Shown here one piece after another: positions 13,585 through 26,040 of a stretch of 64,000 nucleotides of DNA; position 1 is the stretch's first letter, and each line of letters starts with the position of its first letter. Made by a program: the position numbers and the translations under genes. The notes below the pieces were generated by a model. It was not told the origin of the DNA. It did not search any database and saw nothing but the letters and a program-made list of their open reading frames with translations. Origin of the DNA: Malacoraja senta (Eukaryota). The stretch spans positions 6,946,001 through 7,010,000 of the forward strand of contig CM075989.1 of NCBI GenBank assembly GCA_038087875.1, in the 5' to 3' direction.

Positions 13585-13613
13585 TGCAATTCTGCATTGC
13601 CAATAGGTGGCAG
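13585..13613 (+). promoter_or_regulatory. CTCF-like motif with upstream module: TGCAAT-N9-CCAATAGGTGGCAG
   Basis: Core has one mismatch; upstream TGCART module at plausible spacing. Confidence 0.55.
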
Positions 13614-13849
13614 AGTTGCACAGATTTTGCCCACTAACACTTGGCTAAAACAATTTATTTATGTTTAAGGAGGAACTGCAGATGCTGGAAAATCGAAGGA
13701 AGACAAAAATGCTGGAGAAACTCAGAGGGTGAGGCAGCATCTATGGAGCGAAGTAAATAGGCAAAGTTTCGGCCAAAACCCTTCTTCAGACTGATGTGAG
13801 GGTTGGGGCGGGGGGGGGGGGGGGAGTGCGCGGGAAGCTAAAACAATTT

Positions 13850-14112
13850 AGTTTAGGTTAGAGATACAGCATGGTAACAGGCCCTTCGGCCCACCGAGTC
13901 CGCGCCGACCAGCGATCCCCGCACATTAACGCTACCCTACACGCACTAGGGACAATTTACATTTATACCAAGCCAATTAACCTACAAACCTGTGCGTCTT
14001 GGAGTGCGGGAGGAAACTGAAGATCTTGGAGAAAACCCACGCAGGTCACGGGGAGAAAGTCGAGACTCCGTACAGACAGCACCCGTAGTTGGGATCGAAC
14101 CCGGGTCTCCGG
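13850..14112 (-). mobile_element. tRNA-derived SINE, 5'-truncated
   Basis: B-box, central domain, tail. Confidence 0.85.
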
Positions 14113-14286
14113 GGAGAAGGAGTGGAGACAACTTTTAAGAAGCCAGAGATACACGGCTGCGAAGCTCGGTAGACATTAACATTACCGGTCGGTTGTCCTT
14201 GGCTGCCAGAGGAGGTAGTTGTGGTAGGTACAATAACAACATTTAAAAGGCCAAATGCGTCTAATATCTATGTTGACTAACATAGA

Positions 14287-14510
14287 GTGTAGGAAGGAAC
14301 TGCAGATGCTGGTTTAAATTGAAGATAGACACAAAATGCTGGAGTAACTCAGCGGGACAGGCAGCATCTCTGGAGAGAAGGAATAGGTAACGTTTCGCGT
14401 CAAGAAGGGTCTTCTTCTGAAGAAGGGTCTCGACCCGAAACGCCACCAATTCCTTCTCTCAAATGATGCTGCCTGTCCCGCTGAGTTACTCCAGCATTTT
14501 CTGTCTAATT
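14287..14510. mobile_element. Fold-back PLE-derived element with a hammerhead-like core
   Basis: Inverted arms; 14-bp TSD TTGACTAACATAGA (14273-14286 and 14511-14524). Confidence 0.8.
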
Positions 14511-15186
14511 TTGACTAACATAGATATCGGACGAGTTGGGCCATGCTGTATGTCTCTATGGTCATCCCAAGTAAACCACCCACGTCTCACCTTATAGATA
14601 GCACCACCATGAGATTTTTACAATCCTCATAATCTTGTGTCACTGGAGAGGGTGCAGGCGGTGACCAAGGTCACCATGGCTGCCCTCTGGGACCGCTGGG
14701 TGCTGCAGAGGCTTGTTGGAGGAAAGTAACAATGTTTTGGATTTGATAGTTATAGTTATATTCCTTATTTTAGATAGACGTTTCCTTGGACAAGTGTTTT
14801 CACTGCCTTTGTGCATCTGTAAATAATTGCATGCAATACTCCAAATAATTGTATAAGGTCAATGACTTTTAATGTCAGCGCCTTCAAGGTCGGCTGCAGG
14901 AAGCACCCCCCGGACACAGGGGCGGTTGGTTGGTCGGTGAGGAGAGGGACATTGGGTTGTGGGCCTGTAGCAGCCTGGAGCCTACCTGAGCTCACCTGGA
15001 TCGGGGATGCTCCCAGTACTTCCAGCATGTGGACTTAGGTCTTTGGACATTTCTTTGTAAACGGCACCAAAATATGGCGTTGTGAGTTGTGCAAAAGAAT
15101 GTCACTGTACTGTGCATACTTGACAATAAAGAACCATTGAACCAGTTTATGAGAATTTCTATTTCAGCCCTTCAAGGGTTTTGGCC

Positions 15187-15829
15187 CGGTAGGGGTCCCT
15201 CTATGCAGGGATTCTCCCCTTCTACATCGGAGGGTATTGCACCGAGGAGTTCCCTGCAACCTGTTTCTCTCACAGTTCACAGACTCGCCAGCCGCCTGCC
15301 ACTTTTGCAGGCTGGAAGAGTCTGTATACCACGTGTATATGGAGTGTGTGAGGCTGCAGCCCCTGTTCCAATATCTAAAGGGGCTGCTCCTTGCCTTCTG
15401 GCTGCACTTCTCACCCACCATCCTCATCTTTGGACACCCTGTGCGTAGGGGAGAGGGTAAGGCTGAAGATGTCCTGGTTGGGTTGCTCCTGGGCCTGGCC
15501 AAGATGGCCATCCACGAGTCACGGCGCCAGGCGGAAGAGGGTTCTGCCCGAGCCGGCTGCCTGCCCCTTTTCCGGGGGCTACGTCCGTTCCCGGGTGGTG
15601 TTAGAGAGGGACTACGCTCTGTCCACGGGCACCCTGGGGGATTTCCGGGACCACTGGGCACCACAGGGGGTTGAATGTATCCTCAATAAGGATAGTAACA
15701 TAGTTGTATAGTAGTAGTTTATTTAGGATATTTGTCTGTCGTGTATTATGGTGGTGGGTTCTGTTTTGTTTTATTGTGTTGTAAATATTATTTTTAATAA
15801 TTGAATACATTTTTTGATAATTAAAAAAA
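15187..15829 (+). mobile_element. Tx1/L1-clade LINE 3' end
   Basis: Zn-knuckle CHFC...ESVYHVYMEC; poly(A) end; 13-bp TSD AAGGG(T/A)TTTGGCC at 15174-15186 and 15828-15840. Confidence 0.85.
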
Positions 15830-16177
15830 GGGATTTGGCCTTGGGCAGGTTAATGCTGTCTTGTGTGTTGGAATTAACTATGTGCCATCCTTGCTTCTTG
15901 CACACTTCAAGCCACCGTTGGGTTGTTCACTAAGGCATAAATGTGTCGTCATACCCTTGTATGAGTGGGTCATACAGCATGGAAATAGCCCCTTCAATGC
16001 TGACCATCAAATACCCACTCACACTAACACAATTTCATTCCCCCCACATTCCCACCAACCAGCTCTTCCCAGATTCTAATGCTCAAGCAGCGGGTAATTT
16101 CCAGCGGTCAGTTAACCGCCAGCCCGCACGTCTTGGGGATGTGGGAGGAAACCAGAGCACCCGGGAGGAATCAACAC

Positions 16178-16555
16178 CGTCCCTTGTAGCCAGGGTCCGT
16201 AGGGTAAGGAGCACCGCCACTCCACCTAGGGTCCGCAAGGGGAGGAGTGGCTCAGCTGGCAGCGCCCGAAGGACTGTTGACGGGATCTAGGGAGTGGGCG
16301 GGGCTGAAGATGTCCTGGTTGGGTTGCTCCTAGGCCTGGCCAAGCTGGCCATCCGTGAGTCACGGCGCCAGGCAGAAGAGCCAGATGCTTGCCCTTTTAC
16401 CGGGGTTGTACAGTAGTTATTAGATTATATGTTACATAGTTGCTTGATGATTTTGTAACATGGTGGTGGGGACGTCACCACGGGTTTTGTTTTTGTTTTG
16501 TTTTTGTATCGTGTTGAAATTAAATAAATTATATTTTGATACCAAAAAAAAATCG
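16178..16555 (+). mobile_element. Second Tx1-like 3' fragment, inserted in a SINE
   Basis: Shares AEDVLVGLLLGLAK with 15187-15829; poly(A); TSD GGAATCAACAC at 16167-16177 and 16556-16566. Confidence 0.75.
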
Positions 16556-16682
16556 GGAATCAACACAGAGACAGGAGAACGTGCAAACTCCACACAGAGG
16601 GCAATGGAGGTCAGGGTTGAAGCCAGATGACTGGAGCTGGAGGGCAGCAACTGAATGATAGAATACTTTATTGTCACTTGTG

Positions 16683-16882
16683 NNNNNNNNNNNNNNNNNN
16701 NNNNNNNNNNNNNNNNNNNNNNNNNNNNNNNNNNNNNNNNNNNNNNNNNNNNNNNNNNNNNNNNNNNNNNNNNNNNNNNNNNNNNNNNNNNNNNNNNNNN
16801 NNNNNNNNNNNNNNNNNNNNNNNNNNNNNNNNNNNNNNNNNNNNNNNNNNNNNNNNNNNNNNNNNNNNNNNNNNNNNNNNNN
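16683..16882. other. Assembly gap (200 N)
   Basis: A run of exactly 200 N, probably an arbitrary-size scaffold join. Confidence 0.99.
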
Positions 16883-17454
16883 ATCTTCTTTATGTTGAAT
16901 GGTGTTTGAGCTCTTTGAGAGTTGAAACTGCACTTCAATCAATCAATCAATACAATCAGTTTTATTCGTCACATTACACATAAAGTGCAAGTGAAATGAA
17001 TTTGCCAGCAGCGGTACAATGAGAAAGAACACACAAAAACACACTAAACATTTTACACAAACATCCACCACAGCATTCATCACTGTGGTGGAAGGCACAA
17101 AATATGGCCGGTCCTCCTCCATTTTCCCCCGTGGTCGGGACCTCAACCCTCCGCAGCCGTCGGATGTACAGACAGGTAAAAGTCCAGGTAAGTCCAGAAT
17201 CGGCTCTTCCCCACCGGAGACAAACACTTGTCCAGGCAAATGGACAGGTGATCGGCATCTTGTGGATGGTGTTAGGGTTTGGAATAGTTGCTGAGTTTAC
17301 TCTACAGAATTCCTCGGTTTGGCTTGCTCTTCAAGCTGCAATATATGTGTGTCAGACTCTGAGTGTGTGCCTTTTTATGTGTGGGTGTGTGTGAAAAACT
17401 GCGCATGTAAGTGCGAATGACAGTGCGTCTGTGAATGTAATTGCGGTTAAGTGT

Positions 17455-17878
17455 GTCATAGAGTCATACAGTGTAGAAAGAGGCTCTTTAGCCCAAATTG
17501 CCCACAACAACATGCCCCATCTACACTTGTCCCACCTGCCATATCCCTCTAAACCTGTCCTATCCATGTATTTATCTAAATGGATGTTAAAAGTCCCAGC
17601 CTCAACAACCTCATTTGGCAGCTCATTCCATACACCCTCCACCCTTTGTGTAAAAAAAGTTACCTCTCAGATTCCTATTAAATATATCCCCCCTCACAAA
17701 CCTATGTTGTCTGGTTCCCAATTCTTCGACTCTATGCAAGAGACTCTGTGTTTACCCAATCTATTCCTCTCATGATTTTGTACACCTCGAGAAGATCATC
17801 CTCCTGCGCTCCAAGGAATAGAGCCCTAGCGTGCTCAACCTCTCCCTAAACCTCAGGCCCTCGAGTACTGGCAACATC
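17455..17878 (-). mobile_element. Older CR1 3' fragment
   Basis: EGVWNELPNEVVEAG...LDKYMDRTGLEGYG. Confidence 0.75.
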
Positions 17879-19099
17879 CGTGTGTGTGTGTGTGTGTGTG
17901 GCTGACGGACAGTGAGTATTGTGTGCAAGAGTATGAGTGTATGAGTGTGCGTGTGTTAGTCTGAGAATGTATATTTAAGAACATTTTATGCCCATCCAGT
18001 TTTACATGGAAATTCCAAGGTTTCACAATGAAAACTGGAAACCCAACGTATGATTATTGAAATGCCTTATTTTCCAGTTTTTTTCCCTCTATCTTAAGCT
18101 GTAACTTATTTAAGATCCAATGGTAACAAAAATAATTTGAAGTAAAGTCTGGCCTCACTCTTGCACTGGGGCTGAAGGCTACTCTCATTACCCTATAGCA
18201 CATGGACAGAATGTCACTCACTGTCCACTGATACCATGGAACGAGAGCCTACAGATGCTCAAAATTTTAGTGGGAATGTTTGTTGCAAACTTCTCTCTGT
18301 ATCCTTGCTCTGAGGGTAGGTTGTTCAGCCTTCAGACTACCCAGTAGAAGAGGCAAGGTGTGTCCTATGTCATGGCATGTCTACAGGCCGCTTGCTCTTT
18401 TGAGGTGTGTTCTCTTTTCCTGGGTCAACAGGGGCCAGCAATCTGTTGCCAAAACATCCACCGACAGGTGAGCGAAAGTAAGTCGGGATGTTGCTCTGTG
18501 AGGGGCCAGTGAAGGGACAGAGTGAGGAGGTGGTGAGGCATGAAGATCAGAAGATGGTGAGGGTGACGGAGCATGGTGAGGGGAGAGGGTGTGAGGGGAG
18601 AGAGTGTGAGTGTTGTATTCGAGGGCTGAATAATTCACAAACTACACTTGGTGTCCAGAACCCGAAGTGTATTTATTACAAGCCAAACATGGCTGCCCTC
18701 AAGCCCATCAGATTCCCCAGGGACCCTCCCTGAGGAAACATTCATTTTGAGAGAGAGAGCCTTCTAGTGGTGACTCCAGGACACAACAGTGAGGGGAGAG
18801 GGTGTGAGGGCAGAGGGTGTGAGGGGAGAGAGTGCAAGGAGTGGGAGATCAGGTGACTGTGAGGGTTGAGGGAAGAGATTCAGGAACTGGTGAGGGGAAA
18901 ATTGTAAGAGGTCAGGATGCAGGGAAGGAGAGAGAGAGGGGAGGTTAAGGAGATAACGAGGGAAGAGGGAGTTGGAAGGTAGTTGGATACAGTATATCTT
19001 TTCACTTCTCTGGACACTCCACGCACTGACCAAATTTTACCCAAAATACAGTTACCCCTCAACCCCAACTCCCAACTCAACCACTATTACAGCTAGCAG

Positions 19100-19660
19100 C
19101 AAATCATAGAGAAGTACAGCACAGAAACAGGCCCTTCAGCCCTTCTTGTCCATGCTGACCAAGTTGGCCTATTGGGCTAGTCCCATTTGTCTCATATTTG
19201 GCCCATACCCCTCTAAACCTTTCCTATCCATCATGTATCTGTCCAAGTGTCTTTTAAAGATCATGATCGTATCTGGTCCCATTGCTTTCTCTGGCAGCTC
19301 ATTCCAGATACGGGTCTCAGAGTGAAACAGTTGCCCCCGAGGCAGGTCTTAAATATCTTCCCCCTCAACTTTAAGCTTCAGCCCCCTAGTTTTAGAATCC
19401 TCCACCCTGGGGGAAAAAAACAAACTGTGAGTGTTCAGGTCATCCCTGCCGCCCATGATCTTGTACACCTCAATAAGATCACCCCTCCTCCTCCTCAGCT
19501 CCAAAGAAAAAAGTCACGGCCTATCCAACCTCTCCCTATAATTCAAGACTGCAAGCCCAGGCAACATCCTCTGCTGTGCCCTTTCCAACTTAATGACATC
19601 CTTCTTGTAGCTGGGCGTCCAGAACTGCTTGCAGTACTCCAGGTGTGGTCTCACCAATGG
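19100..19660 (-). mobile_element. Older CR1 3' fragment
   Basis: Degenerate CR1 ORF2 end with GAAGGGCCTGTTTC tail. Confidence 0.7.
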
Positions 19661-19849
19661 TCTCACCAAAGAGCTGCATCACAATGTCCCAACTTTTGTG
19701 CTTTTATTATGCGTTAAAACTGATTGATTCACCTGAGAACAATCCAATAACATCTTTCAAATTGTGTGAGGAATCCATTGGACAAAAGCTGTTTCTTCTG
19801 AGCAGGTTCTGCAGCTTGGAGTCAGAGATAAAAGGCATGTAGTGATGAG

Positions 19850-20076
19850 TAGACACAAAGTGCTGGGGTAACTCAGCGGGTCAGGCAGCATCTCCGGAGA
19901 AAAGGGGTAGGTGAAGTTTCGGGTCGAGACCCTTCTTCAAACCCGTCTGAAGAAGGGTCTTGACCCGAAATGTCACCTATTCTTTTTCTCCAGAGATGCT
20001 GCCTGAACCGCTGAGTTACTCCGGCACTTTGTGTCCTTCCTCAGTATAAACCAGCATCTGCAGTTCCTTCCTACAC
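19850..20076. mobile_element. Fold-back PLE-derived element with hammerhead-like motifs on both strands
   Basis: Long inverted arms; CTGAAGAAGGGTCTTGACCCGAAATGTC at 19947-19974. Confidence 0.8.
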
Positions 20077-20423
20077 ATGTAGCAATGTGTGCAGTGAATT
20101 CACATGTAGCAATGTGTTTACGTAGCCACTTACTGCCATAAATAGCAGGGTCGGAGAGTGCAGTTGATAAGTCTGCACAGACGTAAGATCAGTTATCTGT
20201 TTAAATTAATTTCAGGTAACGCAATAAAAATATCTATATATTTTAATATAACCCACACACCAAACAAGACAGACATATCTCCCTCTGCTTCACGCAAGTA
20301 CATCCAGACAAGCTCTTAGAAAAATAATTGTTAGAGATGAGACTGTGATTAAATGCACATCCGAATGAACCATGAGAAATAAATATTTTTTAAAATTCTC
20401 AATTCGAAGTGGATACGCAATGT

Positions 20424-20429
20424 TTTATT
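20424..20429 (-). terminator. Candidate distal polyadenylation signal (AATAAA) of SV2B
   Basis: Minus-strand AATAAA at the end of a repeat-free AT-rich block with upstream TGTA motifs. Other AATAAA occur at 24264-24269 and 23381-23386, so the assignment is an inference. Confidence 0.35.
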
Positions 20430-22140
20430 TATAATCGACAATACACAGGGCTTCGGAGAGACTAAGCTAACATCCATTAAAGTGATGTGAGAATTGACAT
20501 CAGCGGTACATAAGCCTATCACAATTAAAGCGTTCCTTTTTGCTTAAAGACTGATGGCAAAAGTTTCTGTCGGACTTGCAAACATTGAAATGAAAATGAT
20601 ATTGCCTCTGATCCGGGTGGATAATCTTGTAAAACGATCCCGTTTTTGTTTCTCTCCATCAGCAGTAAACATTGAAAAGGTAGCGGCTTCTACAACCCAC
20701 GGAAGCAGCCACCTTCTTAAAACCAGCAACATGCCTTTTTCTAGACGCATATAAATTAGACACACTTATACTGCAGTGAATGATTGCTCAACATGTGACT
20801 GGCGAAGCAGCATGCACATTTAGACAACACAGGTATTATTTTTTTTTACACATCATATCCCATAAACAGTCATTTAATACTGATCCCCCTTTTGTGTTGC
20901 AATTACTGTGTCAGTGAAGCCATCGTATAAATTGCTTGGGAAAACAAAACGCTCCTTAGCTCTCTCTCTGTCAGTGAGTCCAAGACCTCTGCTGGAATCA
21001 GCTTTTTTTTTGCAGTGATTCCTTTCTGCGTGGAATTGTCATTCTAAAGGACTGGTGAACCTGGTAAATGTTAAGTCCAGCAACTCGTTGCCAATCTCAG
21101 GGAGGGGGATGGATTTTCAACTAAACTGGTGCCATGCCAGCTTTCTGCTTCAGCAGATTTCAGTTCTTCTGAAGGTTGGTCGATTTACGCCAGTGAACTT
21201 GGGTACCAAGTCGAGAGTCGATCTTGTACACCTCAATAAGGTAACTCGCATGCTCTAACGATGAAGGTGTCAGACTATCCAACCTCTCCCTATTATTCAA
21301 GCCCGCAAGCCCAGGAATCATCCTGGTAAAACTCTTCTGCAATCTTTCCAACGAGATTTAATGATTTTACCTCTTGACAGCCGGTTAGGATTCCTGCTGT
21401 GCTTTGCTTTAACAGAGATATGCTACCGACCATCACGGATTCTGTTGGACAGCGATCTCAGAAACTGAACAGCCATCTTATTAAAATTGTGCTACCTGAA
21501 TTCATCTCGTCTTGTATGCCTGCAATTGTTCCCATGGATCTTGATCGCAAAACCAGAATCAGATCCCCCATTGGGATGGTGAATCAGACCCTCTCTCCAA
21601 TGGAACAGTGACCCAACTAGTTGCTCCCATATCACAGGATTCCCATATCCTACTCATGGCCTATTCCATCTCGACCACACCTTTCGTGCTGTTGAATGCA
21701 GTCAGAGATGGGCCCCTGTGTTGTTTTTTCTCTCTCTGTTCCTTCATGATTCTGAACTCGCCATTTTACACAGTATCCACTAATTCTATGCCCGTCTGCC
21801 GAATGCTTTATGCCCAATAGGTCTGTCAACTGCCTGCATTCTCTTCTGTTTTGGAGTTATGTGCAAATCCTTAAGGGCACTGCAAACCTTCAGGTCTTAT
21901 AATAGAACATTGAAATGTAACTACTCAAACCACACAACTCATTTTCCAGGCAGCTAAACTGTGCACCAGCATTCTCATCCAAAGATTTACTGTAATCCAA
22001 GGACATTTTCAGATTTATCAAAATCTTCAGAAATCTCTGGCAAGGTTAGAATGACGATCTAGCATCTAGCATGGAGACGGAGTTCAGTGTTAGAATCACT
22101 ATGCTAGATGCTAGATCTTCATTCTAATGAAGATCTGTTA

Positions 22141-22368
22141 AGGGCCTGTCCCACTTGGGTGTCATTTGTGTGTCATTTACTCGACATCATTTACGCATCA
22201 TGACGCGTGTGTCGTGATGCGCGCATGGTGTGCATTACGCGCGCATGGTGCATGGTGACGAAGGCAGTAACGCGCGGTCCCGCACGGCGCCCCAGGATTT
22301 TGGGATGTACAAGATCATCGCACGCCATCTGCCTGACGCGCAAATGACGCCCAAGTGGGACAGGCCCT
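22141..22368. mobile_element. PIF/Harbinger-type MITE (228 bp)
   Basis: About 35-bp TIR starting AGGGCCTGTCCCACT; TTA TSD. Confidence 0.88.
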
Positions 22369-22849
22369 TTAGAATCATTGAGCACAGTATGAGGCTGCTC
22401 CTCCCATCCTGCCTGTGCTAGCTGTTTCCAATTATGTTCAAGACTACAAGGGGTTGATATTTGTTTCAACCTCTTGTGCTCGATGCACTGTTTAGCAGTG
22501 ACTCGATAATTCTATTCTATATATAATTCTATTCAGCTCCATCATAACTACAAGCAACCAAAAGAAAATAAATCTACCTTGTAATCAAAGATGTGGGACA
22601 TTGTTCCTTCTTTTCTACTGAGTTGACCCTTGTAGAAGTAAAGGACTACACACAATTGTGCTTCTTAACTGAGGACCATTGTGGCTTGGCTTAGAACTAT
22701 CAATGCCCATGGCGATACCAGTTTTGGAAGGTATTTGGGCGTGAGGCTACCTTCATTCTCCCACTGTGCTTAACTGGACAATTAGAGGCAGGAACAGGCC
22801 CTGTTTTCCTTGCTCCCCTCTAACTCCCAACGGCACTGGTAGCAATAGT

Positions 22850-23163
22850 AGTTTAGTTTAGTTTAGCGATACAGTGTGGAAACAGGCCCTTCGGCCCACC
22901 GAGTCCACACCGACCAGCAATAACCCCTGCACATTGACACTATCCTACACACACCAGGGACAATTTAATATATTACCAAAGCCAGCTAACCTACAAACCT
23001 GCACGTCTTTGAAGTGTGGGAGGAAACCAAAGCACCCAGAGAAAACCCACGCAGGTCACGGGGAGAATGTACAAACTCCGTACAGATGGCACCCTTAGTC
23101 AGGATCGAACCCAGGTCTCTGGCACCATGAGGCAGCAACTCTACTGCTGCACCACCGTGCCGC
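22850..23163 (-). mobile_element. tRNA-derived SINE, full length
   Basis: A and B boxes, (CTAAA)n tail. Confidence 0.9.
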
Positions 23164-23426
23164 ACCTGTTCCATTGTGAAGCCAATGTGGCCTGCGCTAA
23201 CATCAGAGGTTAATCCTGGAGAATTTTGGCTGTGTTGTGCTGTGTGTGCTAAACACAGGTAGCCCCTTCATCTGAATTCCCCTCCCACACATAGTTTGGG
23301 AGAAGTTAAACCAGAGCCTTTCTTGACCTCTCAAGTAAACATAGAAGAACCCAAGCTTCAATTCTCCCTGGGGATTGTTATTTATTCTCCCACCAGCTTC
23401 ACAATGGAGGTCACCTGCCCATTAAC

Positions 23427-23530
23427 TCATTGCTGTTTGTGGGACCTTGCTGTGTGCAAACTGTCCATTATATCTTGTACACAACAACATTGACTCCGCA
23501 TCAAAGATTTTCATTGAGTACAAAGCAATG
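23427..23530 (+). repeat. Ancient DeuSINE (SacSINE1/AmnSINE1-like) 3' fragment; second copy at about 48667-48810
   Basis: CATTGCTGTTTGTGGGA(C/T)CT motif recognised from memory. Confidence 0.5.
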
Positions 23531-24538
23531 ACAGTGCAGTTTAAGTAAGTGGACTAATATTCAAATGCGTAGACCAGTCACACAGAAATATGTCCCAATA
23601 CCACCACGGCAAATGGATTGAAATAACCATGCAACAAGAAGTTTATAGTGGTGACCATGAAACTCATCAACTATTGTTAACAATGCAGCTCTTCTACTCC
23701 TGAAACAGTCTCCCAGGGTCAAGGATGTCTTGCTTCCATTCTGTGGTTGTTTGGTGGCTGATGAAACTCATGTGGGATCTCCGAAACTCTGACCGATGAA
23801 CTGCTGGGTGTCTGGGTGCAGTTTGGGAGGTGTTGTTCTGGTGCCTATGTTTCTCCACACTCCCAGCAACGAGACGAAAGGTTCTCACCGTCAGGCTGAA
23901 ATCCCCTCCTCCATTTTGAGCAGTCGGACATCGTGAATTCCCCGGTGCCAACGAAGATGTTACATATTTTACAAGGAGGCTTTAGGAACGTGCTCGATGG
24001 ATTTCCCCTGCCCACCCCCGATCATCGCTTGGCACGATAGAATCTGTTCTGGGACCTATGATGTTTACTTAGGGTTTGCAAAGAGGCGAGGGTGGGGGGT
24101 GGACTTGGGTGGGATGGGGTGGGGTTGGGGAGGGGGGGGGCGGGGCGGAAGCGAGTCTCAGGCAAGACATCCTTGACTCTGAGGGACTGCCTGTATGGAA
24201 GAGCTGCATTTTTAAGATAGTTTACAAATTGCATGGTCAGCAATATAAGGTTTTTGTTGCATGTTTATTTAAATCGACTTGGCATGTTGGAAACGGAACA
24301 TGTTTCTGGGTGACTAGTCTTGGTGTGTGTGTGGGGGGAGTAGGCTTCCAGCATATCTTGACTGAAAACCGACTAGTATGATTGCAATTTTACTGCTGCC
24401 TTCAGAAATGACCCAACAAGCTGCTTGCATCAGGTGTGAATTGCACTGGACAATAAGCATTGGGTTTGCACAGGATAGACGCAAAATGCTGGAGTAACTC
24501 AGCGGGCCAGGCAGCATCTCTGGCGAGAAGGAATGGGT

Positions 24539-24566
24539 GACGTTTCGGGTCGAGACCCTTCTTCAG
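24539..24566 (-). ncRNA. Minimal hammerhead ribozyme core in a PLE terminal repeat
   Basis: CTGAAGA-A-GGGTC-TC-GACCC-GAAA-C-GTC: intact core, 5-bp stem II, palindromic ACGT stem III; stem I is weak. Confidence 0.55.
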
Positions 24567-25554
24567 ACTGAGAGTCGGGGGAGAGGCAAACTGGAGATAT
24601 GGAAGGGTAAGGTGTGAAAAGGTCAGATCAAAGCAAGGACATGTGGAATGGTTCATTGTTGGCTGAGGTGAAGGTGACAACGAGGCATAAAAAAAACATT
24701 TAGTTTATCCACATTTCAGGAATAAATAAATCAGTCCACTGGAATGTTTTTGGCCTTGTGGCAAGTGTGATATGAAGGCTCTCCTTTCTACAAAGGCAGA
24801 TGGAAAGATGACAAGAAAGGTTTGGATGCAGTTCTGGAAAAGGATTCACACCCAAAACCACTCGGCTTTGATTCTCTTCCAACTGCTGACTGTTCCCACT
24901 GAGCATTCTAAGATGGTTTACCGTTTTAGCTCAGTATTCAGTAGCTGACAGGCTGTTGAAGCAATCGGTAAACAAACTGAACGCACTGACGATCCAGAGT
25001 TCACAGGATGAAAAACATTTGACGATGTTTACGGTTGGACGGCGTCTGATAAATATTAATGGGTCATGAATGATAGATGACTTATTATTTGGAGAGGGAT
25101 ATTTCTTGTCAGAACATAATTATTAAAATAAAAATTGTGAGTTTCAGTGGGTTCTTGGCATCTGCACTGCAGACACTGCGTGGAATGAATTTTTCAATTT
25201 CAACACAATAATCATTTCAAGGCTGAAAATTGAATATGTGCTTAAGAATAAAATACTCGGGAGGTTCCGTGGAAAGGGCTGAGGAAGTGGGAGTCATTAG
25301 ATGGCCCTAAAGAGCTGCCATGAGGATAATGGAGTGGATGGCCTCATTCTTTGCTTTTGTAATAATGTTTTGTTTTAATTGACTGCATCAGTGGCAAGAC
25401 CAGCATTTGTTGACATCTTTCATTACCCTTGATAAGGTGGTGATGAGGACTTCTTGAACCATTGCAGTCTTTGTGTTATAGATTACAAACTGTATTACCA
25501 TCTGAGCTAGTAAATGTTAAATGTTATTTTAACGTGATATATATATATTTGCCC

Positions 25555-26040
25555 TAGTCATCGAGTGATACAGTGTGGAAACAGGCCCTTCGACCCAACT
25601 TGCCCACACCGACCAACATGCCTCAGCTACACTAACCCCACCCAAACTCCCACCTGCCTATGTTTTGCCCATATCCCTCCAAACTGTCCTATCCATGTAC
25701 CTGTCTAACTGTTTCTTAAATGTTGGGATAGTCCCTGCCTCAACTACCTCCTCTGGCAGCTTCCTATGTACACCCTCCACCCTATGTGTGAAAAATTTAC
25801 CCTCAGATTCCTATTCAATCTTTTCCCCTTCACCTTAAACCCATGTCCCCTGGTCCTCGATTTACCTACTACGCTGGGCAAGAGACTCTGTGCATCTACC
25901 CAATCAAATAGATTCACATGATCTTAAACACCTCTATAAGATCACCCCTCATCTTTCTACACTTCAAGGAATAGAGTCCCAGCCGACTAAGCCTCTCCCT
26001 GTACCTGTAGCTCAGACCCTCTAATCCTGGCAATATTCAT
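25555..26040 (-). mobile_element. Older CR1 3' fragment
   Basis: CR1 ORF2 end and tail. Confidence 0.75.

Noticed and set aside
16432..16983. ORFs containing X runs
   Set aside because: Artefacts of the N gap.
18490..19000. Purine-rich GTGAGGGGAGAGGGT repeats
   Set aside because: Low-complexity minisatellite with no further structure.
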